Positions 10,532 to 20,568 are shown, counted from the first letter of the stretch. The stretch: 37,767 bases of DNA from a bacterium (GCA_049472335.1 JBLIRO010000047.1:1-37767), one strand, 5' to 3'. Numbers and translations: made by a program. Notes: generated from the sequence alone by a model not told the origin.

Positions 10532-10838
10532 TTTTTCTCTCCCTCCTAAAAACCATAAAATAATTTCAACTCTAAACTTATAGTTATGTCGGAGAAAACA
10601 CTCAAATGTGAATAATTTTTCTTTTTGAGAGGTGTAAGCACCTATATTCTTATGCTGTTATGTTAATTCTAATTGTTATTTTAAAGTTATTTTTAAGTGA
10701 TATTAATGTCAGCATTAAATTATTGACCAATGTGAGATGGTAGAATTGAAATTCCTAACAAAAATTACAAGGATATAATGCAGTAAAACAGACCATCTTT
10801 TTTCATTCATATGGCCATTTCAACAATCACCTCCCGAG

Positions 10839-10875
10839 GGCCAAAGACATTCAATTAACTTGAATGTCTTTGGCC
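10839..10875. terminator. Perfect 16-bp inverted repeat (terminator or RNA-stability hairpin) downstream of the 1631-aa gene
   Basis: GGCCAAAGACATTCAA ttaac TTGAATGTCTTTGGCC. There is no U-tract on the minus strand, so terminator function is uncertain. Confidence 0.5.
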
Positions 10876-10972
10876 TTATATATAAAACAAATTATCCTAA
10901 TTTAAATGGACCTATATCTATTTGTTTCCCTCTTTTATCCCTCCAATAATCAAAAAAATCTAATGTATTCTA

Positions 10973-13900
10973 TCAGTGATTAATAATACTTATAGACACA
11001 TCACTATAATGCGATCCAAAGGTATAATTTAATACATCAGGTGAATTTCCAATCACACTGGATGTCTCAGAGGAGGAATAGCTAAATGAGTAAGAGGGAT
11101 AGCGTTTTATGGTATAGTTCCTGGAATATGAATACCAGGGGTAAGTGTAATAATAAGGGTATGTCCAGGGGTAGTAGGAACCGTAAAATCCGTATAATCC
11201 GTAACCATAATAATTAGGCCATGATGAGTAGTAGCCAGAGACGGAGACAGATTTTTGAGTGCTCGAAGAATCCGCAGAGGAGAGAAATGGAAAACCAATA
11301 TTTGTCACGGGACTATAGTTAAAGTAATTCTTGGCGGGAGTGAAATAATAGGGATATAGTGTTTCCAGATACGTTTTTTTCTTCTCCACGGTAATGACCA
11401 CTGTATCCGTGTCTGTACTTATAAGATCACTAATGGTTAAGGTGATGGTTGTTGTTCCAACAGGAAGAATGACAGTGGGATTTACACCACTGGCTGATCC
11501 TCCTGTCCAGGTCCATTCATAGGTCAGAGGATCTCCATCAGGATCATAGGAATTTGAACCATCCAGAGAGATTTGTGCCACTGAATTTGCATCTGCGAAA
11601 ACGTTCCTGTCTGGTCCGGCATCTGCTACGGGAGACATATTTCCGTGAATGTCTTTAAAGACATTAGAATCAACTATCAACTCACCGCGCACTTCGATTG
11701 TGACTTTGGGATCGGTTCCGACAGGAGCAATGAGCAAGAGGGTATAAGAGCCATCCAGGTTGTCTTGGATTTCGTCCTTAAAATAGCCGATGTCAGTGAA
11801 CGCATTTATGTATTCGCCCCATCCGGGCCCCAGACGCTTCCCTAATCTGTCCCGCGGGATCAAGATAATTTGAATTGTCTGTAAATCGCCTTTTATGGTT
11901 GCTACCGCGCTTACATCCGTATTTTCTACTGTGGGTTTAAGCCTCAAATAGCGGGAGAAACTCTGTGTTCGATTAAAATAATCATTAGCCATTCCCTGTC
12001 CTTCTACTTCAAACGCAATCTTATATGTCCCTGCCGCAGATGTCTTGTAGGCGGGAAGCTCGGCCTGATAGAAGCCTGCTATGTTCTCAACAAGCTGTAT
12101 CACATTGCCAGGCAATATCTTAATAAAGTTGGGATCTTCGGCCATCAGAAGAGCAAGTTTTTGGGATGCCAGATCATGAAAGGGATCGCCACCTACCGGC
12201 TGGAAAGCATTAATCTGACCGATGCTGTATGTTGTGGACTCTGAGAGAAGCTCTCCCAATCCTTCCTCAGGACCTTCGATGACTGCCTTTACATTGAGCC
12301 CGGATACAGGATTTCCATTTTCCAACACCCTCACTTCCAATGGAAGTGATTCACCAGCTCCAGGATCTTCGCCACCAGCTATGTATTCGATTGAAAGCGC
12401 CGGATCGTCAAACAATGCATGGGCGTTGAATTCAGGCAATTCATAATTCGATGGAATACCGTATGTTGGATAGAAATTTTCATACACATATAGGATCCAT
12501 TCACCAACATGGGATCCAGGTTCATAATCTATGGGCATATGGACTGTATAGGATGCATACCCACGGGCAGGATGAAAGCTTGATGAAGGGGGTTGTATCT
12601 GACCTAGCGGTGTTTCGAGATAAAAGCGCAGGTCTCGGCCTTTTTCCTGCCATGTCAAAAGAAAAGTTACGCGCCGGACCGTCTCGTTGACATAAAAGGT
12701 TACAGATTCGATATCATAATCGGTACCATAATAATAACTTGCTGGTAGTGCAGAGGCCCTGGGGGCAAAACTGGACGGGCCGGCAAGGCTTAATCCTAAG
12801 ACATCCGCAATCCAAAAGGCAAAATTGTTCTGTATATCCGTAGTACCCCCGCTGTAATAGAAACCTGGAATCCCACCCTGATTGGCAAGGTCGTCAAATA
12901 GGTCCTCCTGTATATGGGTACCAAGCGCAACAGTGTAAAAACGGATATCAGCAGGTAAGGCGACACCTCCCACTGTGACCAATGGCGGCGTGGGATTAAC
13001 CTCAAGGTATGGCGTTACGTTCTGCATACCATTGGACAGGAGCATGACAATTTTTTCTTTGCCGTCGGATGGAAATGCTCCAGTGGCAGCGTTAATACCC
13101 AGACCGATGGCGGTAAGATTGGTGGGTGTCAGAGCATCAATGAAATTGTTAAGAATCACAAGATCTCCTGGGTTGGAAGGGTCCTTCAAGCCCCCTGTAT
13201 TTCCGGTAACAGTTGTGGAAAATGAAAACGCGCCGATTCGGAAGCCATCACTTGCATAATCCTCAACAATATCAACAACCATGTGACTTGCGTCTATGAG
13301 AGCGTCGATCTTTTGTTCACCGGCAACCTCCGTAGCCCCGCTCATGCTTCCGGACTGGTCCAGTACCATGAATATATTAGCGGGCAGAAGAGGAGCAGGA
13401 GGTGTAGCTCCTTCACAATTAGAAAACTCTGACACACAGTCATCATCAGCGCCTATTGCCTGGACGGCATAATAATATGTTATGCCATTCATAACTTCCG
13501 TGTCAGTATATGTAATAGTAGGATCGTTTACTTCAGCTATTGGAATAGATCCATCATGACAGCCTAGTGAATTGCGGAAAATACGATAACTTGCCGCATC
13601 CGTAATCGCTGTCCAGTCGAGTTGAACCTGGCCTGTCGCCGGAACAGCAGTAAGAACCGGGGCACCAAGTGCCGGGCAAATAGTACTTTCAGGCGGAGCA
13701 GTAGCCCCACAGGCGATCCCATGATCATTGAATGCATTCCATATGATTCCGGCATTGGGAGTACCATCGGTAAGGTCACCGTTATCATCATCGAGCGCCA
13801 GGAAGACAGTGTACCAGTTATCAGCGCCACAACCGTTGATATCGGCTGCAGGATTACAGGTATCTGTCGGATCCACCAATTGATACGCGCTTCCCGTGTC

Positions 13901-15868
13901 GTAAAGAGATTCGTACCAGATACGATCAGCCAATGCCCAACCTGCCCCTTCACCATATCTGGCAACAAAACCCTCAATCATGTCCCATACGGCACCGGAC
14001 GCGATGAGGCTTTCACAGTGCCCTTCATAGCCCATAGGGCCCTGGTAGGGCCAAGGACCATTAAAATACGGGCAGGCCCATCTGTCGCAGTCAGCAGGTG
14101 CTACGTCAATATTCGCCGGGGTCACATTGTCAAATGCCGCAGAAACACTGTCAACATTGACATCCCTGACACCTGTACATGTGGCATCACAGCCGAAGTC
14201 ACAGGATACGCCTGGTCTGAAATTGTGACCTATGCAAGAGCTGTGAGTCTGTAAGAATGCCATGGTATCGCCATAGGCTTCACCGCTGCCCATTTCAGGT
14301 GCAGGTCCACCTGTGTTTTCATCCAGACCATGGCCAAATTCATGCAGAAAAACGGAAGCGATTTCACCGGTGTTAGAGCATCCACCACCGGCTTGAAAAA
14401 AATGCAATTGACCAGTCGGAGGCCACCAAAAGGCATTACATATTAAAGGGTCTCCCATGAACTCAGTTTCGTTGACATTGGCAATCAATTGTAAATCTAA
14501 CCATGGGGTTGTAACCATAGGCTCATTCAAATACTTGCGGGCCTTCTCTTTGATAAGGTTGAGATGAAAATAGCTGGAACGAGCTGCGTGAGTGTTACCT
14601 GGGCCGCCAAATCCAGGGGTGGCGCAGTCTGTTCCCATTCCCATTCCAAAGCTAATGTCACCCGGGGAAAAAGATATCGAAACTGAGTTGTTACCGCAAT
14701 TATCATCTATCCGAATGTAGTCACCCTCGAGACTTGCTGTTGCCAAAGATCCCGGCGGATTGTAATCATAGGTGCCTGCCATATCAGTAGTTTTATTAAT
14801 ACCATTGTTGACAACAGTAAGAAATGGCATATTACGCAAAACTTCTGTACCAGGAAGGTTCGTCTCAGGATAGATGCCTCCGTGCACACTTGCGTCAACA
14901 TAGAGTATTCTATTGACTGCATAGACAAGATCACCGGTATGTGCGTCAAACCAGAGTTCCAAGGCCAAGCCTAAGGATTCGGTCCCTACATTTAAACTTC
15001 TGACAAGCTGGTGTCCTAATGAGCCTCCTGAATCATTATATGGCACGATTTGGAGGCTCTTGTCTGACTGTCCCAAATCTTTTACCGGATAGGTTACTTG
15101 AATATCTCCGGGATTGCCAAGAAGGTCCATGGCCTTTTCCAAAGACAATTCTTCTGAGATGATATTATCTGTATTAATGCCTTGAGGCACTACGGCAAGC
15201 CGATTGCCGAATTGAATGAGGTTCCCATGGTTGACACGGAAGAAAAGAGACGCCCCTCGAACAGGAATGATTCCAAGGCCGGGATCCTGATACACATATT
15301 GGTATTGTACTGACCAGTAACGATTTTTTTTGCCAAAGCCTACGCTTATCTTTTCGTCCAGCACCAAATCATCCGGACCCACCTGTAGCAATTGCTGGTT
15401 TTCTGCAATAAAGGCCTGAGCCACATCTGCAATCTCCTCCAACATAAAGTTTTCCTGAGCAATACCCATACCTGGCCCGAATGCGGGAGCACTCAAACTG
15501 TTACCTTTCCCGGGAACCCAGGGGATACCTTGACCCTGGATAAGAAGTGGCCCATTTGTTTTTGAGTCAACCGATAGCTGCCATTGCTGACCATATAGAT
15601 ACGTAAAGTCTGTCCAGCCCGGAAGTGCGGCTTGATGCCCAAAACCATATCCATACTGCGATGATTGAGGACGAACATCATATCGTTCGAAGTCAATCTC
15701 TTCAATTGCTTCCTGGAGCTTTTGTGGCAGAGGCACCCCTTCCTGGGGAATATCGAAGGCTTCGACAGAGAAAATACACAGAATGGAGATCGCCATAATT
15801 AAAATAAAATTATTCAAGGACATCTTCCACAAACTCTTCAATTTCCTTCTACTACTAAACATAATCAT
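10973..15868 (-). CDS. Secreted multidomain zinc metallopeptidase (M4/M36-like) with propeptide, FN3, vWA, PKD and Tyr-rich tail
   Basis: Signal peptide ...CIFSVEA; CNAFW, HEFGH (14330-14344), GEAYGD third ligand; FN3 (VQLDWT...YYYAVQA); intact MIDAS DQSGSMS; PVADAGPD PKD. The start could be a slightly later Met. Confidence 0.9.
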   Translation of the reverse strand: MIMFSSRRKLKSLWKMSLNNFILIMAISILCIFSVEAFDIPQEGVPLPQKLQEAIEEIDFERYDVRPQSSQYGYGFGHQAALPGWTDFTYLYGQQWQLSVDSKTNGPLLIQGQGIPWVPGKGNSLSAPAFGPGMGIAQENFMLEEIADVAQAFIAENQQLLQVGPDDLVLDEKISVGFGKKNRYWSVQYQYVYQDPGLGIIPVRGASLFFRVNHGNLIQFGNRLAVVPQGINTDNIISEELSLEKAMDLLGNPGDIQVTYPVKDLGQSDKSLQIVPYNDSGGSLGHQLVRSLNVGTESLGLALELWFDAHTGDLVYAVNRILYVDASVHGGIYPETNLPGTEVLRNMPFLTVVNNGINKTTDMAGTYDYNPPGSLATASLEGDYIRIDDNCGNNSVSISFSPGDISFGMGMGTDCATPGFGGPGNTHAARSSYFHLNLIKEKARKYLNEPMVTTPWLDLQLIANVNETEFMGDPLICNAFWWPPTGQLHFFQAGGGCSNTGEIASVFLHEFGHGLDENTGGPAPEMGSGEAYGDTMAFLQTHSSCIGHNFRPGVSCDFGCDATCTGVRDVNVDSVSAAFDNVTPANIDVAPADCDRWACPYFNGPWPYQGPMGYEGHCESLIASGAVWDMIEGFVARYGEGAGWALADRIWYESLYDTGSAYQLVDPTDTCNPAADINGCGADNWYTVFLALDDDNGDLTDGTPNAGIIWNAFNDHGIACGATAPPESTICPALGAPVLTAVPATGQVQLDWTAITDAASYRIFRNSLGCHDGSIPIAEVNDPTITYTDTEVMNGITYYYAVQAIGADDDCVSEFSNCEGATPPAPLLPANIFMVLDQSGSMSGATEVAGEQKIDALIDASHMVVDIVEDYASDGFRIGAFSFSTTVTGNTGGLKDPSNPGDLVILNNFIDALTPTNLTAIGLGINAATGAFPSDGKEKIVMLLSNGMQNVTPYLEVNPTPPLVTVGGVALPADIRFYTVALGTHIQEDLFDDLANQGGIPGFYYSGGTTDIQNNFAFWIADVLGLSLAGPSSFAPRASALPASYYYGTDYDIESVTFYVNETVRRVTFLLTWQEKGRDLRFYLETPLGQIQPPSSSFHPARGYASYTVHMPIDYEPGSHVGEWILYVYENFYPTYGIPSNYELPEFNAHALFDDPALSIEYIAGGEDPGAGESLPLEVRVLENGNPVSGLNVKAVIEGPEEGLGELLSESTTYSIGQINAFQPVGGDPFHDLASQKLALLMAEDPNFIKILPGNVIQLVENIAGFYQAELPAYKTSAAGTYKIAFEVEGQGMANDYFNRTQSFSRYLRLKPTVENTDVSAVATIKGDLQTIQIILIPRDRLGKRLGPGWGEYINAFTDIGYFKDEIQDNLDGSYTLLLIAPVGTDPKVTIEVRGELIVDSNVFKDIHGNMSPVADAGPDRNVFADANSVAQISLDGSNSYDPDGDPLTYEWTWTGGSASGVNPTVILPVGTTTITLTISDLISTDTDTVVITVEKKKTYLETLYPYYFTPAKNYFNYSPVTNIGFPFLSSADSSSTQKSVSVSGYYSSWPNYYGYGLYGFYGSYYPWTYPYYYTYPWYSYSRNYTIKRYPSYSFSYSSSETSSVIGNSPDVLNYTFGSHYSDVSISIINH

Positions 15869-16364
15869 AATTATAGTCCCCCTATATAGCTATTACATAT
15901 TCTAGATTAAGATATTCCTTAAAGATTAGATATCCTATGATTCAAAGACTCGAAATTTTAATCAGTTATTGACTAAATCTTTGCGAAAGCGTCTTATATT
16001 TAGCAGTATCAGTAGTATAATTAGAAATCTATATCAGTTTATTTTGGATCTTTTTAAAGTGTCAATGAGCATGATTGAAGCACATTGATGTCGTAGAAGA
16101 AAATGTTAAAACGATTAGAAAAATGTGGATGACTTTTATAAGGAATATTAATATATTCAACAAGTGCATCATTAATATGAATAAATTCTTTGTGAACATT
16201 ATATTATTAATCTTAAATGAGTTCAATTTTATATATTTTTCATTTATTACCCTCCTTATGTTTTATGGCTTAAACCCTAAATATCAAAAAAATATCTTTT
16301 TCTCAATATACATCACCTCCTCCTTTAAAAGTTTTTTTGGTTATTTACCGGAATTAATACAATC

Positions 16365-17081
16365 TCACCAGAGTTTTGATATTCCCTTCACAAAAGCAGC
16401 AAATGTATAGTAAATCTGGAAGTCCCCGGTATCCTCTCTTATAATATGAACATCCCAGCTACCAGGCATAGGCTCTTCTATCCTTATGTAGTGATAGGTT
16501 GAATGCTCCCCTGATTCAAAACCCGGAGTCCCTGTTGTATTTACTTGTGGATAAACCTTTGTTCCAGTGGGATCATCAAGCTCTAATCTTAAACTTCCCT
16601 CTGGCTGAAGCCATCCAACAACAAAGGTGGCCTCGCTGGCTCCCTGATCTATAATTACAGTGCGTGTGTCATTTCCACTCCCTTTTACCCCTCTCTCAAG
16701 ACCAACAGTTTCGCCAAGGGACAAAATACCCTGGATTTGGAAATAAATAGTTAGAAGATCTCTAATCGTTGGCGATTCATAAAATTTACCACCCGTTTGA
16801 TCAGCAATATCCTTTAATAAATCACTATCCGCAAGAGGCCCGAGGGCAATTGTATATATGTTGACCTCTTCTCCATAAGTAATGAGAGCCAGTGCATCAG
16901 CAACCGAAGGGGTTTTATTCTCAAAACCATCTGATAGAAGAACCATGGCATGAGGATAATCATCATCTGCATAATTGAGAAGATCCAAATATGCCATTAG
17001 CATCCCCTGACCTATTGGGGTACAACCCCTTGCAAACAAATCCGGGTCCCCTGTTGAAGTAATGGCTTCTTCCTTTAACAT
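16365..17081 (-). CDS. C-terminal half of a frameshifted His-phosphatase/vWA gene (rest of vWA plus beta domain), apparently 3'-truncated
   Basis: TPIGQGM, MVLLSDGFEN and IYTIALG complete the vWA begun in 17090-18322; the frame is open back to the T6 tract at 17106-17111. Confidence 0.75.
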   Translation of the reverse strand: MLKEEAITSTGDPDLFARGCTPIGQGMLMAYLDLLNYADDDYPHAMVLLSDGFENKTPSVADALALITYGEEVNIYTIALGPLADSDLLKDIADQTGGKFYESPTIRDLLTIYFQIQGILSLGETVGLERGVKGSGNDTRTVIIDQGASEATFVVGWLQPEGSLRLELDDPTGTKVYPQVNTTGTPGFESGEHSTYHYIRIEEPMPGSWDVHIIREDTGDFQIYYTFAAFVKGISKLW

Positions 17082-17089
17082 GTTATTTT

Positions 17090-18322
17090 CTATCTTTGTA
17101 AAATCAAAAAAGATTCTGCCTTGGCTCCAAGGTCATCACAATCCTCATCATCAAAGGCTATAACACCCACTTCATCGCCTATTTCCATAAGTCCAATGAA
17201 GTCTTGGGCGGCAATCTTGGCTGATTCCATATAGGTTTTGCCTGTAAGTGTATCTCTATGACTCATACTGCCTGATCTGTCTATCACATGAACCACACTA
17301 ATGTTTTCGGCTGGGCTTGTAGCTCCGTACTGCAGGCTTAAAACTTCAGAAGCGGGATCGTCAGGATTGTAAACGGTTACAACAAGTAGGTTGTCATATT
17401 CATTATCATTAAATGTGGGAACAGGACTACCTCCCAGTTCTTGGATAATACCGGCGAGTGTCTCATTCTCTCCAGCAACGACAACTACCCTGTCAGCATG
17501 ATTAATCATAACATCTTGGATTAAACCCTGTATATTATCCGAATCATAAGAATTTATTTGATAAGGCTCAAAGCCCACTGAAATAGCCAGGGGTTCAACC
17601 AAATCCCTGGTTGGACTTGCGTAAATAGGTGCAATACAGGTTCCGCTGTCTAAACAGGGCTCAATGGCCTTTTGCGCGACATGAGCCAGTTTTTCAGCTC
17701 TTTGGCCGGTATCGCCGCTTTCTGCATCATGTCGAACAAGTAGAAAAGTTGTCATCTCGCAGGAGGTTTTTACAATATCAGGACCGGTTTGTTCACCATA
17801 TTGCAGGTTTATAATATTTGTGCTGCCGTCTATATCACCAGGGTAATGGGTTACTATATAAAGGTTATCGTAATTGGTATGGGAGATGTTTTCCGAAATA
17901 ATATTCGCACCTAGCTCCTGTGCGATAATAAGCACATTGTTGCTGTGTCCGACGACAAGTACTACTTCACCTTCATCTGTTGAGAGTATCTGATCTGCAA
18001 GTTCATCTTCATCAGAGAAATCGTATTTGATTGGTTCAAGGCCCAGAAGGTGAGACATAGGCTGGACAGTATCAAGGGTTCGCTGGGTATCCGTGCTATA
18101 AATCACAGTCACCCCAGCCTTACGAGCCACATGAGTCAGTTCTTTTGCCCGTACCCACCCTTCCAGGCTCAGGTAATCATAATCATCGGCTCTATCTGCA
18201 TGGCGAACCAGCAAAACAGTAGTGACATTGTTTTCTCCGAAGACACTGGTGGAACATAAAATCAATGCCAATGCTAAAAGGTAAATAAGGCAGACCTTGA
18301 ACCAAATTACACTATTGTTCAT
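17090..18322 (-). CDS. N-terminal half: secreted tandem histidine-phosphatase (SixA/PGM-like) domains plus start of vWA
   Basis: ATG 18322 with AGGGA SD and signal peptide; LLVRHAD...RTLDT...VVGHSN (intact) and LLVRHDA...VVAGEN (degenerate); VIDRSGSMS MIDAS; ends mid-vWA. Confidence 0.8.
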   Translation of the reverse strand: MNNSVIWFKVCLIYLLALALILCSTSVFGENNVTTVLLVRHADRADDYDYLSLEGWVRAKELTHVARKAGVTVIYSTDTQRTLDTVQPMSHLLGLEPIKYDFSDEDELADQILSTDEGEVVLVVGHSNNVLIIAQELGANIISENISHTNYDNLYIVTHYPGDIDGSTNIINLQYGEQTGPDIVKTSCEMTTFLLVRHDAESGDTGQRAEKLAHVAQKAIEPCLDSGTCIAPIYASPTRDLVEPLAISVGFEPYQINSYDSDNIQGLIQDVMINHADRVVVVAGENETLAGIIQELGGSPVPTFNDNEYDNLLVVTVYNPDDPASEVLSLQYGATSPAENISVVHVIDRSGSMSHRDTLTGKTYMESAKIAAQDFIGLMEIGDEVGVIAFDDEDCDDLGAKAESFLILQR

Positions 18323-18706
18323 GGTATTCCCTACTTTTTTTATAAAAAAATGGATTACTCCACAATAATATTTCATTACATTTTGAAATCTATCAGCCTT
18401 TGTGTATTTGTTATATCTTTACAATTATGTTATTTATATACAAATTTCCTGGCCTTTACTCATACGTATATAATACATAGGGTTATATAAATAAGGAATA
18501 TTGGTAAAAAGCACAGGAAAAAAGTATTTTCCTTAACAAGGATTTCGGATCAACCTATCAAGGTCCCCAGCCGTGCGTCGATTTCCATACCTGCCATGAT
18601 TATTTTCTAATAAACAATCTTTTGGATAAAAGGTAATGAAAATGAATAGTGAATATGAATTTGCCTGATATGAATTATAATATTAATATGAATTTCCCTT
18701 GATAAA

Positions 18707-18736
18707 AGTATATACATAACCTTTAACTTTTGTCAA
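18707..18736 (-). promoter_or_regulatory. sigma70-type promoter (TTGACA-18-TATACT) upstream of the His-phosphatase/vWA gene
   Basis: Minus strand reads TTGACA aaagttaaaggttatgta TATACT; homologous to 8372-8425. Confidence 0.55.
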
Positions 18737-18837
18737 GAAAAATATTCAAACAACATAAGCAGAAGATAAAACCGTATCATGTTTTAATTTGTAGATAAAC
18801 CTTTGGTTTCACTTATCATATATCATTTTCCCCGGAT

Positions 18838-18899
18838 TAATAGGAACCCGATGATATATTGATCAAAATTCTCTTTCTCTTTTTCATCATCTCAGGAAT
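18838..18899 (-). pseudogene. Possible decayed short-chain dehydrogenase fragment
   Basis: IPEMMKKRKRILINISSGSY* resembles the SDR 'PxM.....G.IINISS' segment; a stray SD+ATG lies at ~19263 and the region has many stops. Confidence 0.3.
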
Positions 18900-19449
18900 C
18901 TTAACTTCATTATGGACATTAAATCCTGAACGAGGCCATTATGTTGTAGATTTTCAAAGCCAGATTTTCTCATATTTTTTTCCTCCCGGATAAACATTAT
19001 AAAAACCTTTAAATCAAAAAAAATACAAAATTATTTCTGCTGAAATTTGATAACAAATTATATCAGTTGATGTGATCATAAGTTCTATTATATGACTCCA
19101 CAAATTTTCTGCTAAACCACCATGATCTTTTGATCACAATGAAGGATGAAGCAGTTTCCTATACCCATCGGTTTGAATAAAGTCTCGATTTCTGAATCTA
19201 TATTTAATTTTTATTTTTCAAGCTTTTTTGCAATGATAATGAAAATAATGTATTCTGATTCATGACAGCTCCTTTTCTGTATACATAATAACTTATAATT
19301 GCAAAGCATGATAAATTTGAAACCATTTTACAATCTAAAAATATAATTATTTCTATAAATTATCATATTTTTCCGGCCCTCGTTCTATATACGTAACTTT
19401 AGTAACATAAGTCATACTTATTAAATCGACAATCAAAAGGAGAGATTTT

Positions 19450-20568
19450 ATGAAGAAGATTTTATTTTTTGTTTTAGCAATCTGTTTTCTGCTTTCAGGA
19501 CCTGCCTTTTCTGATACGATCAAGATCGGACTAATGGGTCCAATGACAGGCCCCTGGGCCAGCGAAGGCCAGGAGATGAAAAAGGTGGTGACTCTTTTAG
19601 CCGATGATCTGAACCAAAAAGGCGGGCTTTTAGGTCAAATGGTGGAGGTGATCAGTGAAGATGACGGCGGAGATCCCAGGACAGCATCCCTGGCGGCGAA
19701 CCGCCTGGCTATGAAAGGCATTATCGCTGTTATCGGCACGTACGGCTCATCAATCACAGAGGCCACGCAAAATATCTACGATGAAGAGAAAATCATTCAA
19801 ATTTCCAATGGCTCAACAGCGATCAGATTATCCGAAAAAGGTCTTCCCTATTTCTTCCGGACCTGCCCGAGAGATGATGAACAGGGAAGGGTCGCCGCCC
19901 AGACCATTAAGAAATACGGGTATAAAGATGTGGCCATCCTGCACGATAACACCACATATGCCAGGGGACTTGCCGAAGAGACTAAAACACTCCTTGAAAA
20001 AAGCGGTTTAAATATAGTCTTCTATGATGCACTGACACCGGGAGAACAGGATTACAACGCAATTCTGACCAAGTTAAAATCTGCCAGGCCGGATGCTGTC
20101 TTTTTTACGGGATATTATCCTGAAGCAGGCCTGCTGCTTCGCCAGAAAAAAGAGATGAATTGGGATGTGCCTTTTATCGGAGGTGATGCCACCAACCATC
20201 CTGACCTTGTAAAAATTGCAGGGAAGGATTCCGCGGACGGATTTTGTTTCCTCAGCCCGCCCCTTCCCAAAGACCTGACTTCAGATGAAGCCAGGTCTTT
20301 CCTGGAATCATATACAGAAAAATATGGAGGGCCTCCCAACTCCATTTATTCGGTTTTGGCAGGGGATGGCTTTCTTATTATCACATCCGCCATTAGAGCA
20401 GCGGATTCTATAAAAACAAAAAATGTGGCAGAATATATCCATAGAAGCCTGAAAGATTTTCCAGGGTTGACAGGCAAGATTACCTTTGATGAAAAGGGAG
20501 ACAGGGTTGGGGAAGTTTACAGGATTTACAAAGTTGATAGCAATGGGAATTTTATCCTGCAGCCATAG
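19450..20568 (+). CDS. livK: Branched-chain amino acid ABC transporter substrate-binding protein (LivK/LivJ family)
   Basis: Signal peptide; IKIGLMGPMTG, EDDGGDP, FFRTCPRDDEQG, LHDNTTYARGLA, GLTGKITFDEKGDR; SD AAGGAG. Confidence 0.93.
   Translation: MKKILFFVLAICFLLSGPAFSDTIKIGLMGPMTGPWASEGQEMKKVVTLLADDLNQKGGLLGQMVEVISEDDGGDPRTASLAANRLAMKGIIAVIGTYGSSITEATQNIYDEEKIIQISNGSTAIRLSEKGLPYFFRTCPRDDEQGRVAAQTIKKYGYKDVAILHDNTTYARGLAEETKTLLEKSGLNIVFYDALTPGEQDYNAILTKLKSARPDAVFFTGYYPEAGLLLRQKKEMNWDVPFIGGDATNHPDLVKIAGKDSADGFCFLSPPLPKDLTSDEARSFLESYTEKYGGPPNSIYSVLAGDGFLIITSAIRAADSIKTKNVAEYIHRSLKDFPGLTGKITFDEKGDRVGEVYRIYKVDSNGNFILQP

Noticed and set aside
11107..15705. Short ORFs inside the 1631-aa gene (for example 13622-14254)
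   Set aside because: Shadow ORFs without SD or recognisable domains.
16075..16410. 111-aa plus-strand ORF
   Set aside because: AT-rich Ile/Phe/Asn-biased sequence with TTG start, opposite to the local gene direction and overlapping the neighbouring gene end.
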